From Nitrosopumilus sp. (GTDB lineage Archaea; Thermoproteota; Nitrososphaeria; Nitrososphaerales; Nitrosopumilaceae): a stretch of DNA of 64,000 bases. The stretch covers positions 2,208,001 through 2,272,000 of the forward strand of contig OZ243974.1 of assembly GCA_965214775.1 (NCBI GenBank), read 5' to 3'. The notes beneath the pieces were generated by a model that made no database searches, had not been told where the DNA came from, and worked only from the letters and a program-made list of their open reading frames with translations. Below, in pieces: positions 31,656-41,626 of this stretch. The first letter of the stretch is position 1, and each line of letters opens with the position of its first letter. The position numbers and the translations under genes are program-made.

Positions 31656-32138
31656 CTATTCTTTCTCATATTTGAACTCTGATGCTGTGGATTCGTTTCT
31701 AATTTTTATCACGATTGTATCTCCTAGTTTGTTGAAACATCTTTGTCGGTGTTCATTTGTGAGAATCCAGCCCAGTATGACATCTAATGGCAACAGGAAT
31801 GTCTTGCCAAAACTGCTAAGCAATACCCCCTTTAAAGTCGGAGTATCTCCCTCCATGTTTGTCACTCTTAGATTCAGCACTTTTTTCCCAATCGTTTGAC
31901 CTGTTTTGAATTCTAGTATTGTCCAATATGAAAAAAACATGATGCCCGATGGGATGTATGTGATGTTTTCTGCCCAAAACCGCTCGTCATTAAAATCATG
32001 ATCTATGATTCCTAACGATGCAAAAACCACTATGGGTGATGTGACTATGGAAATTATGAGAAAATCAACCAACCACGCCAAAAACCTCTCTGTCCATTTA
32101 GCAAGTGTGATTTTTGATGGCAGATCGGGTTCTGTCAT
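31656..32138 (-). CDS. RDD family membrane protein
   Basis: RFLAWLVD, GQTIGK..L.LRV, QR..D..V. Confidence 0.9.
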   Translation of the reverse strand: MTEPDLPSKITLAKWTERFLAWLVDFLIISIVTSPIVVFASLGIIDHDFNDERFWAENITYIPSGIMFFSYWTILEFKTGQTIGKKVLNLRVTNMEGDTPTLKGVLLSSFGKTFLLPLDVILGWILTNEHRQRCFNKLGDTIVIKIRNESTASEFKYEKE

Positions 32139-32235
32139 AATGATGTTGTAAACTTCAAATAATTAAAACATGCTAATCAACAGTCAACCCCTCTTCGATC
32201 AAAGAAATTTTATCACTAATCAGACAACGCTCCAT

Positions 32236-32367
32236 ATGAAGGCAAAGTTTGCAACAGTATGTATTTCATGTGGAGAACAAATTCGGCCCGGAAAGGAAAT
32301 CTCAAAAAACCAGGACGAAAAATGGGTTCACAAACACTGTGCAGAGGATTCTGAGGGCCTACCTTAG
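32236..32367 (+). CDS. Small Zn-binding protein
   Basis: MKAKF..C..CG..I..G..I...WVH..C. Confidence 0.7.
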   Translation: MKAKFATVCISCGEQIRPGKEISKNQDEKWVHKHCAEDSEGLP

Positions 32368-32397
32368 GGATTAATAGTCTCTGCATCTTAGATTATT

Positions 32398-33243
32398 TTG
32401 AAAATATTTTTGATCTCGATTAACCCACTTGATGTTTTACTATGGACCCTTCGTCGGAATGAAAAAGACGTAATCAATCTTTACAGTACCATGTCTCCTA
32501 TGATGCAAATTGCAACCGGTGGAGGTGGGATGTTAAATTTTGGCTATTGGGATGATGATCATAAAACCCCGATATCGGCACAAGAAAACCTTTGTGATTA
32601 TTTTGGAATTCTTTCTGAATTGGAAACTGCAAAATACGTGGCAGATGTCGGAAGTGGTCTGTCTGCCCCCGCAAAATATTGGAAAAAACAGTATGACAAC
32701 TTGTCGCTGTACTGTGTTAACACAAATTACTCCCAACTTCGTTCTGGAAAATCATCAGACCACGATTCTTTGAATTCGTCATCTACGCTGATGCCGTTTT
32801 CAGACAAGTCAGTCGATAGGGTTTTGGCTTTGGAGTCATCGCAACATTTCAAACCTTATTCCGATTTTCTTTCAGAATCTAAAAGAATTCTTTCTGATGA
32901 CGGTTTGCTGGCGCTGTCTGTACCGGTAACTGTCAACTCCCATTCTGCAAACAATCTTGGAATCTTAAAATTCACCTGGGCCTCGGAGCATTATTCCATA
33001 AAACAAATTCGTGATTTTTTAACTGATGCCGGTTTTTTAATTTCAGAAGAAAGATTTATCGGTCCCTCCGTATATGATCCGCTGGCAGATTATTATGTTG
33101 CAAACAGGGAAAACCTCCGAAAGTTGCTTTTAAAAGAATACTCCCCGTTAATTGAAAAAATACTGTTCAAATCAATTCAAAAGATGAAACAGGCATCTGA
33201 ATCTAGAGTCATCGATTATGTCTTGTTAAAGTGCCATCTGTGA
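32398..33243 (+). CDS. Class I SAM-dependent methyltransferase
   Basis: LNFGYW, DVGSG, ALESSQHF. Confidence 0.88.
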   Translation: MKIFLISINPLDVLLWTLRRNEKDVINLYSTMSPMMQIATGGGGMLNFGYWDDDHKTPISAQENLCDYFGILSELETAKYVADVGSGLSAPAKYWKKQYDNLSLYCVNTNYSQLRSGKSSDHDSLNSSSTLMPFSDKSVDRVLALESSQHFKPYSDFLSESKRILSDDGLLALSVPVTVNSHSANNLGILKFTWASEHYSIKQIRDFLTDAGFLISEERFIGPSVYDPLADYYVANRENLRKLLLKEYSPLIEKILFKSIQKMKQASESRVIDYVLLKCHL

Positions 33244-33293
33244 CACACGTGATTCTAGGCTAGGTTTTTATTTTTGATGTATTGATTTGATAT

Positions 33294-33677
33294 ATGTCAA
33301 GTTCGGATGCTGAAATGAAACTGTATGGTGATAAATGCACTCAGTTACAAAAAGAACCTGAAATACGATTTGCCGGCATTGTTGGCAAGGAAGGACAGCT
33401 CATGGCAGGCGGCTTTAAGGAAGGACTGACTCCGCATGAGGGTGACGAAACTAGGCTGCAGGCTTTCTTGGAATTTGTCTCCAAGGCCTCAATCCGAAAA
33501 GAGTACGACGAAAGTCTTGGACCGATAAACTATCTTGCTGCCAGACGCGACAAAGCCGTATTGGTCAGCTTTCCATTCCCCATTACGCAAATTTTGCTTC
33601 TTATTTCTGCAGAACCCACTGCCAACATTGAAGATCTGGCAAAAAAAGTCGTTGAAATATTTACTAATGTCAACTAA
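33294..33677 (+). CDS. DUF6659-like (roadblock/profilin-like) protein
   Basis: IRFAGIV...G.L.AGG; paralogue of 47553-47945. Confidence 0.7.
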   Translation: MSSSDAEMKLYGDKCTQLQKEPEIRFAGIVGKEGQLMAGGFKEGLTPHEGDETRLQAFLEFVSKASIRKEYDESLGPINYLAARRDKAVLVSFPFPITQILLLISAEPTANIEDLAKKVVEIFTNVN

Positions 33678-33734
33678 ACCTGTCTGAACAGCATGGCGAA
33701 TTCTTTAATTATACTCAAAGTTAGTTTTTAACTT

Positions 33735-34865
33735 GTGATATGCCATCTTGCTGTTTTAACTCTGTTCTTGATTCCTGTGCTGATTCCAAATTCTTTTGGC
33801 CTGGTTTATGATTTTGATACCAATCAATCACTATTTCACAAAGATGACAGTCTGATCGTAAGCGGAAGCGTTTTGTATGATGCCGAAATTCCATTTGTAA
33901 CCGTACAGATTTTCGTTCCAGGAAAATCCAACTTTGCTGATTTTAATACCGTGATGGTAAATCCTGATGGAAGTTTTTCTGTGGCATTTCATGTAGGTGG
34001 CCCAACTTGGACCGGTGATGGGACTTACCCGATCAAGGTAACTTATGATGGAAGTTTGGAAAAAACCATTCAATACAGGGAATCAGCCAAGCCAGACCCA
34101 GACCCAGAACCTGAACCTGAACCAGAACCAGAACCTGAACCGACTTTCAATGCCCCCGAGCCCCGCGCGCTAAACGATGGGGATCGCGCATCCTCATCAG
34201 CCGACCCAGAACCGGAACCTGCTCCTCGTGCATCCGAACCGTCTCTGGAATCTGCGCTGCCCAAACCGCAACAGACTGAATTTAAAACTTTGAAATTTAT
34301 TGTTCCAAACTTTCCAGCACTAGACAAATCCCCCCGGCACTATATTGACAGGTACAACAATGAGCCCTTGTACAAGTCATGGTTTGACTCGCAATTTCCA
34401 ACTTATTCCATTGCCGATGTTGCAGGGTACTCTCAAACCCATGTTCCAAACTTTCCAGCACTAGACAAATCCCCCCGGCACTATATTGACAGGTACAACA
34501 ATGAGCCCTTGTACAAGTCATGGTTTGACTCGCAATTTCCAAACCAGTCTATTTACAACGTTCTTGGCTATGCTGACCCGGTATCTGTGCCTGATTGGAT
34601 AAGAGACAATGCAGAGGGTTGGGCAGTTGGAAAAGTTGACGATTCTGCATTTGTAACCGGAATAGAATTTATGATTGAAAACAACATCATCATGATTTCA
34701 AACGTGCATTCTTCTCCTGCTGCTACTGTAAACGTTTCAGATGATCAGGTTCCTAGCTGGATAAGAAATCTGGCTCATTGGTGGTCTCAGGATCTGATTT
34801 CTGAAGACGAATTTGTGGAATCCTTGAAATTTCTAATTCGTGAGGGAATCATAATTATAAAATAA
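33735..34865 (+). CDS. Secreted protein with Ig-like domain, PE linker, duplicated YIDRYNNE module and P.WIR..A.WW modules
   Basis: Signal peptide, PEPEPE linker, repeated modules typical of nitrosopumilid surface proteins. Confidence 0.8.
   Translation: MICHLAVLTLFLIPVLIPNSFGLVYDFDTNQSLFHKDDSLIVSGSVLYDAEIPFVTVQIFVPGKSNFADFNTVMVNPDGSFSVAFHVGGPTWTGDGTYPIKVTYDGSLEKTIQYRESAKPDPDPEPEPEPEPEPEPTFNAPEPRALNDGDRASSSADPEPEPAPRASEPSLESALPKPQQTEFKTLKFIVPNFPALDKSPRHYIDRYNNEPLYKSWFDSQFPTYSIADVAGYSQTHVPNFPALDKSPRHYIDRYNNEPLYKSWFDSQFPNQSIYNVLGYADPVSVPDWIRDNAEGWAVGKVDDSAFVTGIEFMIENNIIMISNVHSSPAATVNVSDDQVPSWIRNLAHWWSQDLISEDEFVESLKFLIREGIIIIK
34301..34542 (+). repeat. Two identical 101-bp intragenic repeats, period 141 bp
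   Basis: 34301-34401 equals 34442-34542. Confidence 0.95.
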
Positions 34866-34907
34866 CTAGAATGATTTTTAATTTGGCCTGTTTCATGTTT
34901 AATTGAC

Positions 34908-35366
34908 TTGAAGGCTACGCTTGGTGCAGGATGCTTTTGGCATGTTGAGGATTTATTCAGCAAAACAAAAGGAGTAAAATCTACAAGGGTGGGATATACG
35001 GGAGGCCGGTTGCCAAACCCTACATACGAGCAAGTCTGCACTGACAGAACCGGCCATGCCGAGGCAGTTGAAGTGGAATTTGATCCTGAGGAAATCTCTT
35101 TTGAAGAACTGCTGGACATATTTTGGAACAATCACAATCCTACGACCCTGAATCGCCAAGGGCCTGATGTTGGGGTTCAGTACCGCTCTGCAATTTTTTA
35201 CCACGATGAAAAACAAAAAGAGATTGCAGAAAAATCCAAACTGTCCCTGTCTGAATCAGGAAGATATGGCAATACTCCCATCGTGACAGAGATTGTTCCG
35301 GCACCGGCATTTTATGACGCTGAGGATTACCATCAAAAATATTTTAAAAAACACGGATTGTCATAG
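34908..35366 (+). CDS. msrA: Peptide-methionine (S)-S-oxide reductase
   Basis: [30 protein letters not shown]. Confidence 0.96.
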   Translation: MKATLGAGCFWHVEDLFSKTKGVKSTRVGYTGGRLPNPTYEQVCTDRTGHAEAVEVEFDPEEISFEELLDIFWNNHNPTTLNRQGPDVGVQYRSAIFYHDEKQKEIAEKSKLSLSESGRYGNTPIVTEIVPAPAFYDAEDYHQKYFKKHGLS

Positions 35367-35384
35367 TCATCATCCTCATCATCA

Positions 35385-35816
35385 TCATTTTACGACAACC
35401 ACCGGAATTTTTGCAGCGTGTATTACATAATTTGAAACGCTTCCAAAGAACATTTCTTTTGCCGCACTCCTTCCTCTGGATCCGATAACTATCATGTCAA
35501 ACTTGTCTTTTCCCTGGGCTAGCTTCACAATGTTGTATCCGACATCTCCGCTCATTTTTCTCTCTTTGAAGACAATTCCGTTTTGTGCTGCCAAAACCTT
35601 GGCATTCTTTAGAATTTTTTCAACTTCCTTGTTGAGCTTCTCGGTAACCTCTCCCACGCCTTTAAATTCCGAGTGTGATTGGGTGTTAATTGAGTATACC
35701 CCTGTGATTGTGGCTCCGCATTGTCTGGCCAAGGTTATTGCCATCTCCAACCCCCTTTGAGCGTTTTTTGAGCCGTCCAGCGGAACAAGAATCTTTGAGA
35801 GTTTCTTCTTAATCAT
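35385..35816 (-). CDS. Universal stress protein
   Basis: ILVPLDGS, IVIGSRG, GSVS..V. Confidence 0.93.
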   Translation of the reverse strand: MIKKKLSKILVPLDGSKNAQRGLEMAITLARQCGATITGVYSINTQSHSEFKGVGEVTEKLNKEVEKILKNAKVLAAQNGIVFKERKMSGDVGYNIVKLAQGKDKFDMIVIGSRGRSAAKEMFFGSVSNYVIHAAKIPVVVVK

Positions 35817-35881
35817 GCTAGACCCACTGCTTTGATACTAAAAAGTGTAATTGCCTGGCGGTTTGATCTGTATAGCAACGG

Positions 35882-36916
35882 TCATAAGTAATTGAGGGCT
35901 TTGACCGGCGATCTGTAATTGTACTTGTACATGCAAAGGTGGGCAAACGACACCGTCCTGTAGTACTCGGATATGGCATGCCGCAGCTCGCTGATTTTCC
36001 TGTACACTATCCCCCTGAAAACAAAATGCTTGCCCAGGTTCCAGCATTCTTCCACGATATTGAGGTACGGCGATCCTTTCGGGATCATTATCAGTTTGAC
36101 ATAGGGATGGTCGACCAGATATTTTGCGACATCAGTAGATCTGTGCACACTCCACCTGTCGCAAAAGACGGCAACCTTACCAAACTTGGCGCGCAGCGCC
36201 TCCAGACATTCTATGAACTGCACCGACGTAAACGATCCCGTAAACGTCCTGAACAGCCTTCTGCCGTCTTCTGCGATGCTTCCAAACACGGCCACCTTTG
36301 TGTGGTCTCCAGAGTACGATGCCACGCTTCTGGTGCCGACCGGACTCCACACGTATCTGTCATATGCGCCCTGCACGAAGAACGCCTCATCAGATGACAC
36401 CAGCGTAAAACCGTCGTTTTTCAGGCACGGAATACGCACGTTTTCAAGATACCACTGCCACGAGTATACCGAGCTTGGGGTGGCATGGCTGGCATGTATG
36501 TTTTGCACCTTGCGGCGCGACAGGCCATGCTGGCGCATCATTCTCCGGACATGTTCTATGCTGTATTCTGTCCCGGTGGCATCCCTTATGTCATCGCGCA
36601 CCGTCATGACATCGGTACTTTTGCATGCAGTGGACAGGTCCATTATGGCTGCAATACTTTTCCTGTCCACCTTTGGCCTGCATCCGGAACGGGGAAGATC
36701 CCGGAGAGCCTTCATGCTGCCCTCCTCAAAGCGCGTCGTCCATTTGCATACCCAGCCGACTGACTGCATGAGGCGTTCTGCCGTATTTGCATAGCCGTCA
36801 CCGTGTATGAATACCATGTTTACTGCGGCTATTCTGACCTTTACCTGCGGATCCTTTTCATTCTTGTATGCCTCCTTCAGGTCTGCCACGCATATTTCCG
36901 CCATGTGTCTTGTCAT
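35882..36916 (-). CDS. IS630-family transposase (element ~35871-36982, TA-flanked)
   Basis: HTH..D.PRSG, SSDEAFF, FCDRWSVH, SPYLNIVEECW. Confidence 0.9.
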   Translation of the reverse strand: MTRHMAEICVADLKEAYKNEKDPQVKVRIAAVNMVFIHGDGYANTAERLMQSVGWVCKWTTRFEEGSMKALRDLPRSGCRPKVDRKSIAAIMDLSTACKSTDVMTVRDDIRDATGTEYSIEHVRRMMRQHGLSRRKVQNIHASHATPSSVYSWQWYLENVRIPCLKNDGFTLVSSDEAFFVQGAYDRYVWSPVGTRSVASYSGDHTKVAVFGSIAEDGRRLFRTFTGSFTSVQFIECLEALRAKFGKVAVFCDRWSVHRSTDVAKYLVDHPYVKLIMIPKGSPYLNIVEECWNLGKHFVFRGIVYRKISELRHAISEYYRTVSFAHLCMYKYNYRSPVKALNYL

Positions 36917-37023
36917 ACATGGCGATCAAAATACGTTTCGGTTCGGCGGGTTTATTTTCACGAACTTTTGTTTCACACTATAGATCAGTTTGAGATACAG
37001 AAGATAGCCGAGGGCAGGTACTT

Positions 37024-38527
37024 CAGTAGTTCCCAGATGTACTTTTGAAGGCACGATAATTACGTAATTTGCCGAGATTTTTTGACCATTACGATCTTAG
37101 ATCAGAAGGTGTGTCAAACATCATCATGATGATACCAACACAAAACGATGTGTTTGCACACCAGTATGACATAGCATCACGACAGTTTAAAACATTGCGA
37201 CGGCGGTTCCACAAGCTCGAAATGGCAGTCTCAAAGAGTCACAACGCGGTGTACGGCCATGCCGACGTACTGCGCGTGCTAAGCCTCATGTCTGATAGGA
37301 AGATGTTTTTCAGGTCTGCCGTGACGCATCTTCGCAGGAAGGCCTCAAAATACCGCAGGCAGCAGCAGCATGACGGCGGGACTACTACTACTACTACTGC
37401 TGCTACCTTCTCCAAGAAGGGCGGCGCATACAGCTCCCGTACGCCCCACCCGGAGTGGATCTTAAAGACCATCCGGAGCGTCAGCCCGGATCGGATGCAA
37501 AGGTGGTGCAACTCCATGCTACAGCACACGGTAAGAAACGGCCGCAGGTCCGGCATGTTACACAACACGGACGTAGTGGCAGTGGATGTCACCGACGTCG
37601 AATACTATGGCAAGGGCCTAAAGGACGTCGCCAGAAAGTCAAAGCCCAAGAACGGCACGTCTACTTTTCTCTCGCACATTACCGTGCACGGAGTAGGATC
37701 AGATGACGGCTCAGACCTCGTGCTTTCCTCGCTGCAGCTTCCAAAAGATGCAAAACTGGCCGATTTCGTGCCTAAAATGATCCGCAAAGCGTCCAGATCA
37801 GGGACGAAGATCAGGATGTTCCTGTATGACCGGGGATTCTTTAATGTCAACTGCATGGTGGCTGCAGGCAAAAGCCAGGGCTTCTACGTCATGCCTGCCG
37901 CCAAGAACAAGAGGATAAAGGCGGCAATAGAGGAGCACCACCATAAAAAGCGCGACGCGATATCTGACTATACCATGACTAACAAGGAGGGCAAAAACGT
38001 CACGTTCAGGCTGGTCATTGTAAAAAAGGAGGAGGAAGACGAAAATGAAAATGAAAATGAAAACAATGACACAGCAAAAGAGGAATGCACAGAAAAAAAG
38101 AAGGAAAAGAAAAAAGAAACGGCAGACGAATACCTGGTCTTTGCCACCAACATGCCTGCCAAAAGCGTAGAGGACGTCATAGCTCAGATACCAGAAGAGT
38201 ACCGCATGCGGTGGGGAATCGAGACCGGGTTCAGGGTGATCAAGGGAGTAATGGGCAAGACATGCAGTAATTCGCCGGTCGTCAGGATGTTGTTATTCTA
38301 CATGCCCCTCATACTGTACAATCTCTGGAGGACTGCCATATTCATTGATGTGGAATCCAAGTGGGACGGATTTGCGGGAGGCAAGGATTTTACCATGATG
38401 TTGTTTGCCGCGTGCATTACAGATGCAGCTGACTCGTTTGTAAACGATCGCGGAAAGTAGTAGTAGTAGCGGCGGCAGTGGTGCCGTGTCAGGAGGCAGT
38501 CTGCAAAAGTACACCTAGGAACTACTG
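37024..38527 (+). mobile_element. ISH3-family IS (1504 bp); transposase at 37069-38460
   Basis: 24-bp TIR cagtagttcc(c/t)ag(a/g)tgtacttttg, TSD actt; AVDVT, YDRGFF, YRMRWGIETGFR. Confidence 0.92.
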
Positions 38528-38727
38528 ACTTGATTAAACTGAGCAAGAGCGGGTTTGCCTGTTGAACGCATTACTCGGCAGTTAACAGAACCCCCATTGC
38601 CATAATTTCCAGATACCGACGCTTTCTAGGAGAAATCAGATCCCTCTAGCTTACCAGTTCCGCTTGATCGCTATTTTTTTATTTGCCTGCGAACGCACAA
38701 AATGCATTGATATTTGACAGAGGTCAT

Positions 38728-41178
38728 ATGTTCATCGTTCTTGCAGTGATGCCTGCCATGCTGCCGCTGGCGGCGGCATATGAGCAGACGGCAAACGAGG
38801 ACTTTCCGGAGCCTGATGTCCCAGTGGACATAATTCCGGTGCTGTCTCCGGGACCCGTGGGAATAGTAGACGAGTTGCGCAAGGCGCACAGCACAGTAAC
38901 TGACATCATGATACACACGCAGCAGGCCATTGCCAATGAAGGCTATGCCGATGAGGAGATCTACTTTGAGGCAGTCTGGGTCGATGAAAAGACCGACGAG
39001 CTTGTGATTATCCTAGATCCGGCACAGGCGTTCTTTGATCCCATTGATGCTCAAGACATGCAGGAGGAGCTTGGCACAACAGCCCCGATCCGCATAGCGT
39101 ACGGCATATTCACGCCGGAGGCCTCCCTGTCCGAGGCAACCTCGTGTCCTGCCGACGAGGGATCCTCGATATGCTATTACTGGGATCGGTACATCACAAG
39201 ATGCCTGCCGGAAACAACCACCAGCAGGTGCAATACATACGCCGCAATCATCACTGGCGCAGGCTATCCATTGCCGACAATAACAGGTAGCACCGCCCCG
39301 GTCGACACCGACGGTGATGGAATAAACGACGACGTCGATCAGTGTGATGACCAGCCTGAAACCGTGAACGGATACCAGGATCAGGATGGCTGTCCAGATA
39401 CTCCGCCGACCACAGGATCAGACACGGTATTCTCCGATGACTTTGAGGACGGGTTCTCAAAGTGGACGCGGACAGGACAGTTGGAGTGGGAGATAGGTGC
39501 GCTGGATGAGCGCGTCTACATCGACGGCGATGCGACAAATAACGTCGCAAAGGCAGACGATTGTGACGACGAGGCCTGCATAATCACCTCGCAGTCATTT
39601 GATCTGACTGGCTACTCTGATGCCACGCTGGAGTTTCACCGGTTTGTTGACAGATCGCTGGATTCAGGAGAATATCTGGAGGTCCGGATTGGAAGCGGCG
39701 GAACATACTCACGGATATTTTACTGGACTGACGGTGACGGCAATGACGACCTGTGGCACCGGGAGACCTACAATCTAGACAGCTACCTGACATCAAGCGA
39801 CGTCACCATACGGTTCCTGACAGAGGAGTCGTCCGCGGCCGAGGATGTCGGCATTGACAATGTCCTGGTTACAGGCACCGCAGACGATGCGGCATGCGTG
39901 CTTGATGTCACGGCCACGCTGAGGGACGACGGCGACATACAGATATCCTGGAACGACTGTGGTGATGATATAAGGCGCTACAAGGTATACTATGCTGGGG
40001 ACGACGGCATCAGGCGTCTCATCACCAGCGTCTACGGCAGCACGGGTCACCTCTGGTCGGGGGCAAGTGACGGCAGCACCTACACGTTTTCGGTAAAGGC
40101 GCAGTACGACGATTACACGTACACGGATTACTTTGAAAGCGGTGCGGTAGAGGTGCCGGAATCTGACACGATTCCGCCGAGGATCGCTGTTCCAGAATCA
40201 CTGGAGCTTGCGGCCCAGTCGTCCAACGGCACCGTAGTCACGTTTAATGCCACAGGTCATGATCTTGCGGATGGCCAGGTGCAGGTTGCATGCGTGCCTC
40301 CCTCAGGTAGCCTGTTTGCGGCAGGAACCAACACCACGGTCACATGTACTGCGGCGGATGCCGCAGGAAATACCGCGACTGCAAGCTTTAACGTGGCCAT
40401 AGCCGGAGCACAGTCTGATTCGGACAGTGACGGCGAAGTCCCGCCGACTGCCGTTCGGCACGAACTGCGCGGCGGAATGCCTATCAGAATGTTCAGCAAC
40501 AACCCCTTCTGGGATCCTGCTTTCGGCGGAGCTGCTACTGCCGGCCTGGTAATGGAATACGACAACAAAACAGCCCTTTTGATATCATCCCATGCAATAA
40601 ATGGATTGCATGCCTACAGAACGACAAGCCTTGACATTAATCCTGCTTCTGTGATATTGCCAGAGATAGGCAGTACTGTTTTGGCCGATTCCAACGTCGG
40701 ACTGGATTCCGTAACAAAATCCGATGCTGCACTCATAGAGGTGACTGGTCAAGACATCGAGTCAAGGATGAATGAAATCCAAAGCGGTGATCAAGTCATT
40801 CGGATAATTGGGTTTGGCGGCGTTAACAGCCTGCCGGATAATGCCACGATTGAGGTATCGGCAAGACACAACCAGGGCACTGGCCACATATGGTACACGA
40901 ATGTGACTGCCTCGATTACAATACTGGACGGAGTATACACTGTAACAGAACACGCAGCCGGAAACTATACGTCCCAGAGGGGCGATAGCGGGGGGCCGAT
41001 ATACAAGAATCATGGAAATGGCACTGCAACCATGCTGGGCATTGTGACAGCAGGTTCGTGTATAATCGATACAGACGGCCGGCGCCTAGTTGAGCTAGAT
41101 GACTATGGCAACTGTATTGAAGTGTTCAAAATATTCAGTACTTGGGAAAACATCGCCGACGAGCTAAACATGCGTTGA
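38728..41178 (+). CDS. Secreted multidomain S1 (chymotrypsin-clan) serine protease with TSP3-like, MAM/ConA-like, FN3-like and HYR modules
   Basis: Triad motifs SSHA, SDAAL, GDSGGP; DTDGDG..D..DQC..DGCPD; FSDDFE; PPSGS.F..G.TTVTCTA.D.AGN. Confidence 0.85.
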   Translation: MFIVLAVMPAMLPLAAAYEQTANEDFPEPDVPVDIIPVLSPGPVGIVDELRKAHSTVTDIMIHTQQAIANEGYADEEIYFEAVWVDEKTDELVIILDPAQAFFDPIDAQDMQEELGTTAPIRIAYGIFTPEASLSEATSCPADEGSSICYYWDRYITRCLPETTTSRCNTYAAIITGAGYPLPTITGSTAPVDTDGDGINDDVDQCDDQPETVNGYQDQDGCPDTPPTTGSDTVFSDDFEDGFSKWTRTGQLEWEIGALDERVYIDGDATNNVAKADDCDDEACIITSQSFDLTGYSDATLEFHRFVDRSLDSGEYLEVRIGSGGTYSRIFYWTDGDGNDDLWHRETYNLDSYLTSSDVTIRFLTEESSAAEDVGIDNVLVTGTADDAACVLDVTATLRDDGDIQISWNDCGDDIRRYKVYYAGDDGIRRLITSVYGSTGHLWSGASDGSTYTFSVKAQYDDYTYTDYFESGAVEVPESDTIPPRIAVPESLELAAQSSNGTVVTFNATGHDLADGQVQVACVPPSGSLFAAGTNTTVTCTAADAAGNTATASFNVAIAGAQSDSDSDGEVPPTAVRHELRGGMPIRMFSNNPFWDPAFGGAATAGLVMEYDNKTALLISSHAINGLHAYRTTSLDINPASVILPEIGSTVLADSNVGLDSVTKSDAALIEVTGQDIESRMNEIQSGDQVIRIIGFGGVNSLPDNATIEVSARHNQGTGHIWYTNVTASITILDGVYTVTEHAAGNYTSQRGDSGGPIYKNHGNGTATMLGIVTAGSCIIDTDGRRLVELDDYGNCIEVFKIFSTWENIADELNMR

Positions 41179-41429
41179 AGTTTTCTTCAACGTTTTTTGT
41201 GATTGCAAGCCTGGCATTTTCGCTTGCTTTTTTTATTACTGTCATAATAAATGCGCAGCACACACCGGAAGTCTGCTTTTACCCAGCATGGAGTACGCAT
41301 GCCGATTTTAGTAACTGCTGGAAAAATGTCCCGTTTAAGGTTATGGTGCTTTTAGTCCTTCCCGGGTATGGCATTTTTGCCCTAGTTGTCTGGATCAGAC
41401 ACAGGACTAAAAAATCAAAAAAAATGTAA
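41175..41429 (+). CDS. Small two-TM protein overlapping the protease stop codon
   Basis: TTG start overlaps TGA; two hydrophobic helices, a two-Cys loop and a basic tail. Confidence 0.6.
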   Translation: MKFSSTFFVIASLAFSLAFFITVIINAQHTPEVCFYPAWSTHADFSNCWKNVPFKVMVLLVLPGYGIFALVVWIRHRTKKSKKM

Positions 41430-41602
41430 CTGCGGGACGGTTCAAACAAATGGATGAAGAATGGTGTTGAGGGAGATCCTCGTATAGATGAATGTCCGAC
41501 CTTCATTTTGGAATTGTCAGGAAAGACCACCCCCAGCCAAGGCCATGCCTCACAACGCCGTTGCGCGTGGAATCCTTATAAACCCGACACATAGATAACA
41601 GC

Positions 41603-41621
41603 TCGGGCTCTGGAAGTTCAG
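41603..41621 (+). mobile_element. Isolated left end of MITE family 2
   Basis: tcgggctctggaagttcag is identical to 29945-29963. Confidence 0.75.
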
Positions 41622-41626
41622 TGTAG

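Noticed and set aside
34301-34542. Repeat pair as a DGR template/variable region
   Set aside because: No adenine-specific differences and no reverse transcriptase in the window
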